From a virus, in IMG/VR virus record IMGVR_UViG_3300013126_000023, positions 6,862-70,861 of that record: 64,000 bases of DNA, one strand, 5' to 3'. Within the stretch, counting starts at the first letter, position 1, and each line of letters begins with the position of its first letter. The notes under the pieces are model-generated. The model was given only the letters and a program-made list of their open reading frames with translations, was not told the origin of the DNA and searched no databases. Position numbers and translations under genes: made by a program. Of this stretch, positions 1-9,900 are shown one piece after another.

Positions 1-1459
1 CCCCGGGTCCGCCTGCTCCGCCACCTCCACCTGAAGCGAATTGCCCCGCACTGCCTCCAGAATATCCTTGCCCAGATGTGCCAGATCCGCCCGACGTCGA
101 TCCCGGAAATGGATTGCCGCCTGCTCCACCGCCCGAACCTCCAGCTAGTCCAGTTCTTCCGGGAGCACTAGAACCAGAGCTGCCACCCCCACCACCACCT
201 ACGGAAACAATTGAAAAGAATGAACTATTGCTGCCACTGCTAGCCACAACTGTATCTGCGGTTGACCCAGAACCCCCACCACCTATGGTAATAGAATATG
301 TATTACCTGATTGCACGGCCAATCCTGTGCCTGTTAAAAATCCTCCGGCACCGCCACCGCCTGCTTGCCTACATCCGCCGCCCCCGCCACCAGCAACTAC
401 AAGATAATTTACTGATGTAACTCCCTCAGGCACTCTCCAAGTTGCAGAATTATAAAATATTGCACGTTTTCTCGTATTAGGGATTAAATATGATAGAATG
501 ACTATACCGGAACCGCCTGCTGCTGCGGCTTGTGATGAACTACCATTGTAACCACCTCCACCTCCACCTCCACCGCGATTGACAGTTCCAGCAGCGCCAG
601 CATAAGTGGTAGGGCTTGATGTACTGCCTCCACCTAAACCGCCGCCACCTGTGCCACCTGTGCCGCCTATAGTATTTGGTGCTCTACCATCTGATGCACC
701 GCCACCGCCGCCTGCGTACGCGATACTTGTACCAGAAATAGAATTTGAAATACCATTACCACCCGCTCCACCAGAAGTGGGATTAGGTGACCCACTAGAT
801 CCATTGGCACCCATTGTACTAGCGCCACCGCCACCGCCGCCAGTAGCATAAGAAGGGCCGTAAAAACCTGAACCGCCATTACTACCTTGGCTAGGAGACG
901 TTGATGGTATATTTCCGGCACCACCTGGGCTAGACACAGCAGCAGCATCTCTTGAAGCACCACCTCCGCCTGATCCCCCAGACCCACCGTCAGTTACTGC
1001 AGTATTGTTAGAATTATCATAAGAACCACCGCCACCCCCACCTACAGATATAATTGATGAAAAGGGCGATCCCGCTATTGAAGAATTGCCACCAATACTA
1101 CCTCTAGCACTAGGTCCACCTGCAGACCCCCCGGCGCCAATTGTAATTGTAAAAGTATTGCCAGCAGTAATAGGTAATCCAGTTCCTGCTAAATAACCAC
1201 CTGCTCCGCCACCACCGCCGCCTGAGCGGCCTCCTCCTCCTCCACCACCAGCAACAACTAAGTAATCTACTAATGTAACACCCTCAGGTGCTAACCAAGT
1301 ACTTGAAGAAGTAAATGTATCTATAAATCTTACCCCGGTGCCCGGCCATAATCCCAATTTAGTGTAGTTGAGGGCCTGTGATAGAGTCCACATACCTGAA
1401 GCAACATACAAATTAGGTGTAGTGTTTGCTTTTGTAATAATTCTACCAATATAATCCAC
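1..1459 (-). CDS. Glycine-rich adhesin/virion protein (3' end outside window)
   Basis: Not in the ORF track because it is truncated. GTG at 1459 with GGAG upstream reads MDYIGRIITKANTTPNLYVASGMWTL...FTSSSTWLAPEGVTLVDYLVVAGGGGG, the same module as 1463..4048 and 4792..6594. Confidence 0.85.
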   Translation of the reverse strand, partial: MDYIGRIITKANTTPNLYVASGMWTLSQALNYTKLGLWPGTGVRFIDTFTSSSTWLAPEGVTLVDYLVVAGGGGGGGRSGGGGGGAGGYLAGTGLPITAGNTFTITIGAGGSAGGPSARGSIGGNSSIAGSPFSSIISVGGGGGGSYDNSNNTAVTDGGSGGSGGGGASRDAAAVSSPGGAGNIPSTSPSQGSNGGSGFYGPSYATGGGGGGASTMGANGSSGSPNPTSGGAGGNGISNSISGTSIAYAGGGGGASDGRAPNTIGGTGGTGGGGLGGGSTSSPTTYAGAAGTVNRGGGGGGGGYNGSSSQAAAAGGSGIVILSYLIPNTRKRAIFYNSATWRVPEGVTSVNYLVVAGGGGGGCRQAGGGGAGGFLTGTGLAVQSGNTYSITIGGGGSGSTADTVVASSGSNSSFFSIVSVGGGGGGSSGSSAPGRTGLAGGSGGGAGGNPFPGSTSGGSGTSGQGYSGGSAGQFASGGGGGAGGPG

Positions 1460-1462
1460 TAT

Positions 1463-4048
1463 CTAACTCCATCTAAGTATAACTATACCTGATCCTGCTG
1501 AACTAGAAGCATTTTCACCACCACCGGAACCTCCGCCTGTGTTAGCGGTACCAGCAAATCCTGTTCCTTCCTGCGGTGTAGCATTATAATTTGCTCCATT
1601 ACCACCACCTCCCAGTCCACCAACTCCGGCGGGAACTCCTTGACCTCCACCGCCACCACCATAATAAGAAGAAATTCCAGAAATAGAGGTTGCTATACCG
1701 TTGCCTCCTCTACCACCTGTACTACCTGGTGCAGCAGGTGAGTTATAACCTGTTTCTGCTGCTCCGCCGCCGCCTCCAGATTGCCCGCCACCGAGTCCCC
1801 CATTATAACCTTCTACTGGAGTATAAGACCCTTGATTTCCTGAACCCGCGGCAACTGTTCCAGAATTAGCACCACCTCCGCCTCCCCCAGAACCTCCTGG
1901 ACCTCCTGCTATACCAAATGTAGCATACGTGCCACCATATCCTCCACCTGTAGCAGAAATTGTACTAAACGAAGAATTGGAACCCTTGTTGCCTGTATTC
2001 GGACTACTGGAAACGCCTGCTCCACCTGCCCCAACGGTTACAACATATGTATTTCCGGCAGTTACTGCTAATCCTGTGCCTATTCTGACTCCTCCAGCAC
2101 CACCACCTCCTCCGCCACCTCGACCAGCTGATCCGCCACCAGCAACAATTAAATATTCGACCTGCGACACGCCTACCGGCGCAGTCCATTTTCCTGAGGT
2201 TGTGAATATTGCTATTTTGTTCGTGGGCGGTATTAGATATCGAAGAGCTACTATACCGGAACCACCTGCTCCACCTGGTCCATATGGGCTGTCACCTGCT
2301 CCGCCACCACCACCTCCAGTATTAGCCGTTCCTGCTGAGCCTGTGGCTCCAGGTGAACCAACAGAACCACCATTACCTCCGCCGCCTAAACCGCCAGTGC
2401 CGGCTCCAGCTGATGGATAGGATGGCGATGCAGGCGCTGCTGCTCCCGCTCCTCCGCCACCGCCACCTGCATAGTAAACAGAATTACCAGAAATAAGTAA
2501 AGCTATACCATTACCGCCATCCGGTTTTCTAGATGGTCCAGAATTTAATCCGAAACCTACCTCACCTGCGCCTCCACCGCCCCCAGTATTTCTTACCTCT
2601 GAATATTGAGAGCCTGAGGTAAAACTCTGTCCGCCATTATTACCTTGGCTTGGTGAAGTACTTGGTGTATTACCTGTGCCCCCAGGTTGTGGGTTTATAC
2701 CAAAATTAATATGAGCTCCTGAGCCGGCGCCCCCTCCAGAACCACCATTACTTCCTCGTTCTGAAAGTTCACCACTTCTTCCTCCCCCATTACTACCTAT
2801 AGTATGAAAAGAGGAATTGCCCCCAGATGTTGCTGATGTTGATGAATAAACACCCCCAGTTCCACCTGCGCCTACAGTAATAGCATAAGATGTACCAGGA
2901 GTTACTTGAAACCCTGTCCCATATCTTAAACCACCTGCACCCCCACCACCTGCTCTATTATATTGTCCGCCGCCCCCACCGCCAACAACTAAATATTCAA
3001 CTGAGGTAACATCTGTAGGTGCAGTCCATGTGCCGGATGATGTAAATTCTTGATAAACAAACTGATAACCTGTTGGCGCAATTTGAAACATACCTGTAGA
3101 TGTAAAGGTATGAATAGTATAACCACCAGCAGTTGTGACAGTACCACCAATAGCATTCATAGTTCCTGTTACATAACGAATAATAACTACACCAGAGCCA
3201 CCTGCGCCCCCGGTACCTTGTTCTCCACCTGATCCTCCACCTCCCCCGCCGAAACCTGAAGCACCAGCAGTACCAGTTGTTCCATTAGGATATAAACCAG
3301 GAACGTTAGTAGCTCCTGCACCCCCGCCTCCTAGCCCTCCAGCTCCGGGTGTGCCATTTATAGTTCCTGCACCCCCGCCCCCGGCAAAATATGTAGAAAC
3401 ACCATTAGATATAGTTGTGGGTAGCCCGTTGCCCCCTCTTGCATTACCTGACCCGGGATTTGGATAGCCACTTTCTCCTGCACCCCCGCCACCTGAACCT
3501 CCACCATTAGCATATGGTGAACCCGCCGGGCTATATCCAAAGCTACCTCCGTTATTACCTTGCCCAGGAATGCCTCGGCCAAAGACATTAGGGCCTGAAT
3601 AATAAAAAGTACCGCCGCCTGAACCGCCATTTCCTCCAGTGGCTGCAGCATTAGGACCAGATCCACCTCCACCTGATCCTCCACCCACAGCAACTACTAA
3701 AGTTGTAAATGAACTATTTGATCCACTAGTTACAACTATGCCTGATCCGCTAAAAGGACGCTGACCCCCTACACCGCCAGCACCTACAGTCACTAAATAA
3801 CTTACACCATATTCCACAGCCAATGCTGTACCAGTTAGTAAACCCCCAGCACCCCCGCCGCCACCATAATAACCACCACCTCCCCCACCACCAGCAACAA
3901 CTAGATATTCTATGGTTGGACCTGGCCATAAATTTTGACCTTTGTAATAGAATTGCTTTACAAGTGTCCATACACCACTTGCCCTAGCAGCATCTACAGT
4001 TGGTCCTACGGCGGATATTATTCCACCAGAATATCTATGAATTCCCAT
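1463..4048 (-). CDS. Glycine-rich adhesin/virion protein with three tandem modules
   Basis: 861 aa; three repeats of YLVVAGGGGGG...GGAGG...NTGGGGGG...GSGIVIIRY; lies in the tail fibre region. Confidence 0.8.
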   Translation of the reverse strand: MGIHRYSGGIISAVGPTVDAARASGVWTLVKQFYYKGQNLWPGPTIEYLVVAGGGGGGGYYGGGGGAGGLLTGTALAVEYGVSYLVTVGAGGVGGQRPFSGSGIVVTSGSNSSFTTLVVAVGGGSGGGGSGPNAAATGGNGGSGGGTFYYSGPNVFGRGIPGQGNNGGSFGYSPAGSPYANGGGSGGGGAGESGYPNPGSGNARGGNGLPTTISNGVSTYFAGGGGAGTINGTPGAGGLGGGGAGATNVPGLYPNGTTGTAGASGFGGGGGGSGGEQGTGGAGGSGVVIIRYVTGTMNAIGGTVTTAGGYTIHTFTSTGMFQIAPTGYQFVYQEFTSSGTWTAPTDVTSVEYLVVGGGGGGQYNRAGGGGAGGLRYGTGFQVTPGTSYAITVGAGGTGGVYSSTSATSGGNSSFHTIGSNGGGRSGELSERGSNGGSGGGAGSGAHINFGINPQPGGTGNTPSTSPSQGNNGGQSFTSGSQYSEVRNTGGGGGAGEVGFGLNSGPSRKPDGGNGIALLISGNSVYYAGGGGGGAGAAAPASPSYPSAGAGTGGLGGGGNGGSVGSPGATGSAGTANTGGGGGGAGDSPYGPGGAGGSGIVALRYLIPPTNKIAIFTTSGKWTAPVGVSQVEYLIVAGGGSAGRGGGGGGGAGGVRIGTGLAVTAGNTYVVTVGAGGAGVSSSPNTGNKGSNSSFSTISATGGGYGGTYATFGIAGGPGGSGGGGGGANSGTVAAGSGNQGSYTPVEGYNGGLGGGQSGGGGGAAETGYNSPAAPGSTGGRGGNGIATSISGISSYYGGGGGGQGVPAGVGGLGGGGNGANYNATPQEGTGFAGTANTGGGSGGGENASSSAGSGIVILRWS

Positions 4049-4054
4049 AAATTC

Positions 4055-4459
4055 TTATACTGCAATTTGCTCAAAAGATGCGACAAAAGATAATGCTGAT
4101 CCTGTATTACTCGTAACTCCCACGGATTGATACTCTGAAACATAAAATGATGTTGTCTTATCAGTAACAATCAAAGTAGAATTAGGAGGAACACTTATTT
4201 GATATACTATATAAAAAGGTGTGCCGCTTGCAAATACATTACTATTACTTATAGCAACACTTGCTGGAACAGTATTACCTGTTAGATTAGAAACAACTAA
4301 ATTACCTATTTTATGTATATTGCCTGAAGGTGCCGTCAATCCAGTAATTGTAGTAGTGCCATCATATGTCCATGCAGCATTAGCAGTATTGCTAGTTGGA
4401 GTAAGATATGCTGTTCCACCTTTGATTGAAGTTACATTTACTATATTTGGATTTGCCAT
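4055..4459 (-). CDS. Small beta-rich virion protein, putative fibre-tip adaptor
   Basis: 134 aa starting MANPNIVNV; paralogous to 6591..6950 (ISVPPNSTLIV vs LSVPSRSTLLV). Confidence 0.65.
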   Translation of the reverse strand: MANPNIVNVTSIKGGTAYLTPTSNTANAAWTYDGTTTITGLTAPSGNIHKIGNLVVSNLTGNTVPASVAISNSNVFASGTPFYIVYQISVPPNSTLIVTDKTTSFYVSEYQSVGVTSNTGSALSFVASFEQIAV

Positions 4460-4468
4460 TTTTAACCC

Positions 4469-4783
4469 TTAGAAACCAAAAATTAAGGACATAGCTATGG
4501 CCTTGCCTGTAGTTACACCCCCGCTAGAAAATACAGTTCCATTAGCCCAATAATATTGTGAAGCCAATACATTACCCGATCCAATATTGCCTGATACTGT
4601 TATGTTAGAAATATTAGCAGTAGTTATACCTGAAACTACTCTTGCATTGGTATAGTATAAATTATTTAATTCTGTAATATTTGCTGTATATACGGTGCCT
4701 AAATCACTAAAGGTAATGGTACCATTTGCCACATTATTACCAGATACCGTAAAACTAGCAATATACCTATTTCTTGATGCCAT
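4469..4783 (-). CDS. Miniature tail-fibre-like protein
   Basis: Contains NLYYTNARV...ASQYYWANG, shared with the 2724-aa fibre; ends GKAIAMSLIFGF. Confidence 0.7.
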   Translation of the reverse strand: MASRNRYIASFTVSGNNVANGTITFSDLGTVYTANITELNNLYYTNARVVSGITTANISNITVSGNIGSGNVLASQYYWANGTVFSSGGVTTGKAIAMSLIFGF

Positions 4784-4791
4784 TTTTTACC

Positions 4792-6594
4792 TTATTGATT
4801 TAACTTAATGATGACGATTCCGGAGCCGCCGGCGCCACCTCTATTAGATGGTTGACTGAAATATCCAGCACCACCTCCGCCTCCGCCAGTATTTGCTCCT
4901 CCGCTACCACCTGCACCTGTACTTGGGTTTCCACTTTCACCATTATTGGATCCGCCTGCGCCAACTATTCTATTAGGCGAATTACCGTAAAATCCGCCAC
5001 CACCACCTCCACCATCTCCACCACTACCACCTATTTCATATCTAGCTGGATCTGCACCACCTGAACCTCCGCCGCCACCTGCATAATATAAAGAAGAACC
5101 ACTAATAGTGTATTGTCTACCTATACCACCGTTGCCCCCTGTGCCATAACCTGAAGGATTTGCTATATTAACAGTTGCAGAAGTACCCGCTCCACCTGCT
5201 CCGCCCCCACCGCCACCTGCATATGCACCCGCAGCAGATGCTCCAGATCCTCCCGCGGATCCGAATCCTGATGACCCACCTGAATTAGGTTGTATAGAAG
5301 GTTGACCTGAAGAATTAGTAGTATATGCTCCGCCACCGCCTGAACCTCCCGCGGTAGCTACTGAGCCGGGTGCATTTCCACCACCGCCACCACCATAAAC
5401 GGATGTGATAGTATCAAACGTACTGTTATTACCTATAGAACCAGCATTTGCAGAAGGACCTGAAGCACCAGTACCACCTGCACCTACAGTAATTGTGTAT
5501 TCTGTGCCCGCAGTAACACTACGAGCAGTTTGATAAGATAATCCACCGGCGCCGCCACCTCCACCTATTGTCGTCCCACCTCCGCCTCCTCCAGCAACTA
5601 CCAGAACATCAATAGATGAAACACCTACAGGAGCTATCCATTTACTAGTGCTTTTAAAGGTGAGAATAGATTGGTTTGGTACTAGATATTTAAGTATAAC
5701 TACACCGGATCCTCCGTTACCAATATAAGAAGAATAGGTTGGTGCGCCGCCCCCACCCGTATTAACATTGGCGTTTGCCGTACCAGGACCCTGAGATGCA
5801 CCAGAAAATTTCCCGCCTCCACCATAACCACCTCTGGCAGTTGAGGTTACGCTACCGCTACCCCCACCGGCCAAATAATAAATACCATTTATAAGTTCGC
5901 CTACAACTGACCCAGCTATAGCGTTTGACAATCCATTACCACCATACACGTTAGCTGTACCAGGACTTATCACGTCGTCGCCCGCCTGCCCAGCTCCACC
6001 TCCACCTCCACCGCCAGAACTAGCTAAACAGTTTCCGCCTTTATTTCCTTCTCCTGGAGTGCCCGGGCTACCTATAGCTATAGCGGTTCCTCCGGCTCCT
6101 CCTCCAGAGCCACCAGGGCTACCTGTTGACCCGCCAGAATTAGAACCACCGCCACCGCCCCCACCTGTAGTCGTAATAGCTGGCCAGCTTGGTGATACTT
6201 CTACTTGAGATATATTTGAACCTGTTCCACTTGCACCTACACCAGCTGGCGTAGATCCGGCCCCACCAGAGCCAACATTAATAGTATAATTATACGTAGG
6301 CGTTACGGCTACGCCCGCACTATACTTATATCCGCCTGCTCCGCCGCCCCCACCATACCAATTGCCACCACCTCCTCCACCTGCAACCGTAAGTATATCA
6401 ACGCTTGTTACACCTGCAGGAACAGTCCAAGTACCACTGGCTAAAAAGGTTTGTATTACTACAAACCCAGGTAAGTAAGAAGGAAATATTCTTTGCAAAG
6501 TTAAAGCATGGTGTTCCGTAGAAGTCCAAATACCCGTGGCAAAGGTATTAGAAGAAACTCTATAGGAACCTATTAATCCGCCATAAGGCCTCAT
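4792..6594 (-). CDS. Glycine-rich adhesin/virion protein with two modules
   Basis: 600 aa; two copies of the W.AP.GV.S.D.LVVAGGGGG...GSGIVIIK module. Confidence 0.8.
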   Translation of the reverse strand: MRPYGGLIGSYRVSSNTFATGIWTSTEHHALTLQRIFPSYLPGFVVIQTFLASGTWTVPAGVTSVDILTVAGGGGGGNWYGGGGGAGGYKYSAGVAVTPTYNYTINVGSGGAGSTPAGVGASGTGSNISQVEVSPSWPAITTTGGGGGGGSNSGGSTGSPGGSGGGAGGTAIAIGSPGTPGEGNKGGNCLASSGGGGGGGAGQAGDDVISPGTANVYGGNGLSNAIAGSVVGELINGIYYLAGGGSGSVTSTARGGYGGGGKFSGASQGPGTANANVNTGGGGAPTYSSYIGNGGSGVVILKYLVPNQSILTFKSTSKWIAPVGVSSIDVLVVAGGGGGGTTIGGGGGAGGLSYQTARSVTAGTEYTITVGAGGTGASGPSANAGSIGNNSTFDTITSVYGGGGGGNAPGSVATAGGSGGGGAYTTNSSGQPSIQPNSGGSSGFGSAGGSGASAAGAYAGGGGGGAGGAGTSATVNIANPSGYGTGGNGGIGRQYTISGSSLYYAGGGGGSGGADPARYEIGGSGGDGGGGGGGFYGNSPNRIVGAGGSNNGESGNPSTGAGGSGGANTGGGGGGAGYFSQPSNRGGAGGSGIVIIKLNQ

Positions 6595-6950
6595 CTAATA
6601 TCCTCATAGACTATAGTCGCCCATATTTTATTATTAGCATCAGCAGACATTTGTAAGGCATCGCCTTCTTCTAAATTAACAGGATTTTCTTTTCCAACCA
6701 CAAGTAATGTGGATCTAGATGGTACAGATAATCCAAAACCTAAATAATTATTCACACCAGTTCTAAGTACATTAATATTGACATTACCAGTATTACTAGT
6801 ATCAATACTTGCCGCCATTATATTTACTATTCTAAACGAATTACCAGAACTGGCAGGATTTACCAATACGTTAGCTAGAGTGGTAGTCACATTAGCAAAA
6901 GCAGTTCTGCCATTTATAGTTGAAACTTCTAACAAATTAGGTAAAGCCAT
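6591..6950 (-). CDS. Small beta-rich virion protein, putative fibre-tip adaptor
   Basis: 119 aa MALPNLLEV...LEEGDAL; paralogous to 4055..4459; ATGA overlap with the next gene. Confidence 0.65.
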   Translation of the reverse strand: MALPNLLEVSTINGRTAFANVTTTLANVLVNPASSGNSFRIVNIMAASIDTSNTGNVNINVLRTGVNNYLGFGLSVPSRSTLLVVGKENPVNLEEGDALQMSADANNKIWATIVYEDIR

Positions 6951-6962
6951 TTTTATTTTCCG

Positions 6963-9900
6963 TTAAAATATTCTTGTAAATGCATATGTCCTTGCCTTAG
7001 TAGAATATATAATGTTACTAGTTGTTTTAACTAGTGCATCTACTACAATCAATATATCATCTGCTACAGCTGCATCATTTAAAGTAACCGTAGTGGTTCC
7101 GATAGTATAATCAGTAGTTGGTACTAACAATACACCATTTAAGTAAACATATGAATCGGATGGAGACTGTATATTTAATGTCCGACCATTGGTGTCTGAT
7201 CCACTAAATACTGTCTGCCCTGCTGTCGCGGTATAGAAGTACTTATTAATTGATGCAACATTACCGACCGTAACTAATGAATCAATAACAGTTACTAAAT
7301 TATTTGCAGCAACACCTGCGGTAAATACTACATTCCCTACGTTAGATGTATAATCAGATGTGCGTGTTAGTAAAATACCATTTAAAAACACATGCGCTTT
7401 ATCTGGATCTGCTAATGTTAGAGTGGCTCCATTATCATCAGCACCAGTAAATACTGTTTGGTTTAATGTAGATGTAAATGTATATTTACTAACAGAAACA
7501 CTTGTTCCTGTACCAGTAATTGTAATAACACCTGTACTAGAATCATAACTACCTGCACCTGTAACACTAATAGCTGATCTTACTCTTGAATTAGTATAAT
7601 ATAAATTACCGGATACTGCTGATTCAGAAACATTTGCTGTTGTTAAAACAACTGCGCCCGTTAAACCATTGACGCTTGATACAGCTCCGCCGCCACCTCC
7701 ACCGCTTGTAAATATATCGCCATTAGCCCAGTAAAATTGACTTGCTAATATATTACCTACTCTGACGTTGCCGGTAATAGTTAAATTAGCAATATTTGCT
7801 GTAGTTACACCTGATATTACTCTTGCATTTGTATAATAAAGACTTGTTCCCTCTATTACATTACTTGTAGTTAAGTCTACAACATTAGCTTTGGCGTTTA
7901 ATAATCCTATTACATTAGAATAAACTCTTGCATTGGTGTAATATAAATTAGTTAATTCTATTACATTAGCAGTAGTTAAATCTACTACATTCGCTTTTAA
8001 TGCAAGATTACCTGTTAATGCAGAATACACTCTTGCATTTGTATAATAAAGATTAGTGCCTTCTGATACATTACTTGTTGTTAGATCTGCTACATTTGCT
8101 TTAGTATTAAGTAATCCAATTACGTTGGAATAGACTCTAGCATTTGTATAGTAAAGATTATTTAATTCAACTACATTAGCAGATGTTAAATCAACTACAT
8201 TAGCTTTAGCATTTAATAGAGTTATTACATTAGAATAGACTCTTGCATTTGTGTAGTATAAATTGGTTAATTCGACCACATTCGCAGTGGTTAAATCTGA
8301 CACATTAGATTTGAGAACTAAATTGCCTGTTACTGCTGAATAAACACGAGCATTGGTATAATAAAGATTCGTCCCTTCTGTTACATCGGAAGTGGATAAT
8401 AAACTTATAGACTTTTGTATAACAATATTACCAACCATAGAAGAATGGTTAGTACATTGATAAACGTATGTGTTACCAGCTAGCTCATAAGGTATTTTCC
8501 AAAATAATTCACCAGTATATTTGCCTTGAGCACTTGCTCCTGTTGAAATTGTGCCGTCATCGTCTACATGAGTAAGACCAGTATTGTAATTAGAACCACC
8601 GTTAGAAATCCTTAAAGCAAATGGATGTGAACTACCTTGATTTAAATCAAATGATATAGTTTCTCCTGCATTAACATATATTGTCGGATTATCTCCAGAA
8701 TATTGGTCTATATTATAATTGAATACGGGTGTAGTAACTACTAATTGAGTAACGGCTGGAATAGCTGCTAGTATGGCACGAGCATTCGTGTAATATAAAT
8801 TTGTACCTTCAGCTAGATTTGATGTAGTATGATTACTTAACGATACAACTAAATTGGCTATATTAGAATTTACAGATACATTAGCTGTGCCAACTACATC
8901 TTGTGATGCTATCCAAGCGCTACCGCTCCATTTCAATACTTGACCTGCAGTTGCGCCTGTAGTATCCACATCTGCTAGGGCATTAACACTTAACAATGCA
9001 ATGTTAGATAATACTCTAGCATTAGTATAGTAAAGATTATTTAATTCAACTACGTTACTAGTTGTTAAATCTATTACATTGGCTTTTGTATTAAGCAAAC
9101 CAATGACATTTGAGTATACTCTTGCATTGGTATAATAAAGATTAGATCCCTCAGCCAATGATGTCGTAGTATGATTACCAATACTAGATACCGTTCCAAT
9201 AACTGTACCTGTTAAATAATCTACTATTAAATTGGCATATCTAAATGAATTATTAGCAGTGTCAATAACATTGGATGGTTCAGGATTTAAGTTTGCAAAT
9301 AACTTAAATACCCCGCCGTCCGATGCGTCTCTAAATAAACCTGCATGTCTTTGATTTAAACCATCAAAATAATTGCCGACAAAACCAATATCTACAGCAT
9401 CGCTACTATAATTATTGCCTGCCAAATATATTAATGGATCGTTAATTGTTAATGTGTTTGATGTGATTACTGTTGTATTACCTACAACAGTTAAATTGCC
9501 ACTAACTGTTAAGTTAAAGAATGATGGGCTAGCATTGGTTGCAATATCTTGTGCAGCAGATATTGTAGGAGTCGCAGTTTCGCCACCTTGATTTGTTATT
9601 ACAATGCCTAAACCGGCAATAACATTACTTACATAAGCGCCTGTAGTATCGGTGCCTAATCTTACAGAATTTTCTTGTATGTTAGCAACAAAAGAATTAC
9701 CATCTGCTGTGGATATGGTAAATGAATTGCCGCTAGAAGTAAAGCTGGAAACTCCTGCTACCGATACATTAGATGCTGAAGTTATTCTACCATAGCTATC
9801 TACAGAAATAACAGGGATCTTTGTTGCCCCACCATATACTAATGGTGTCACACCTGTAGGTGATAAAGTAATATTTCCTGTTACATTATCATAGGAAATA

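Noticed and set aside
78-6200. Pro-rich + strand ORFs (78..407, 606..851, 1929..2420 and others)
   Set aside because: They are antisense shadows of poly-Gly codons in the minus-strand genes and have no RBS or independent signal.
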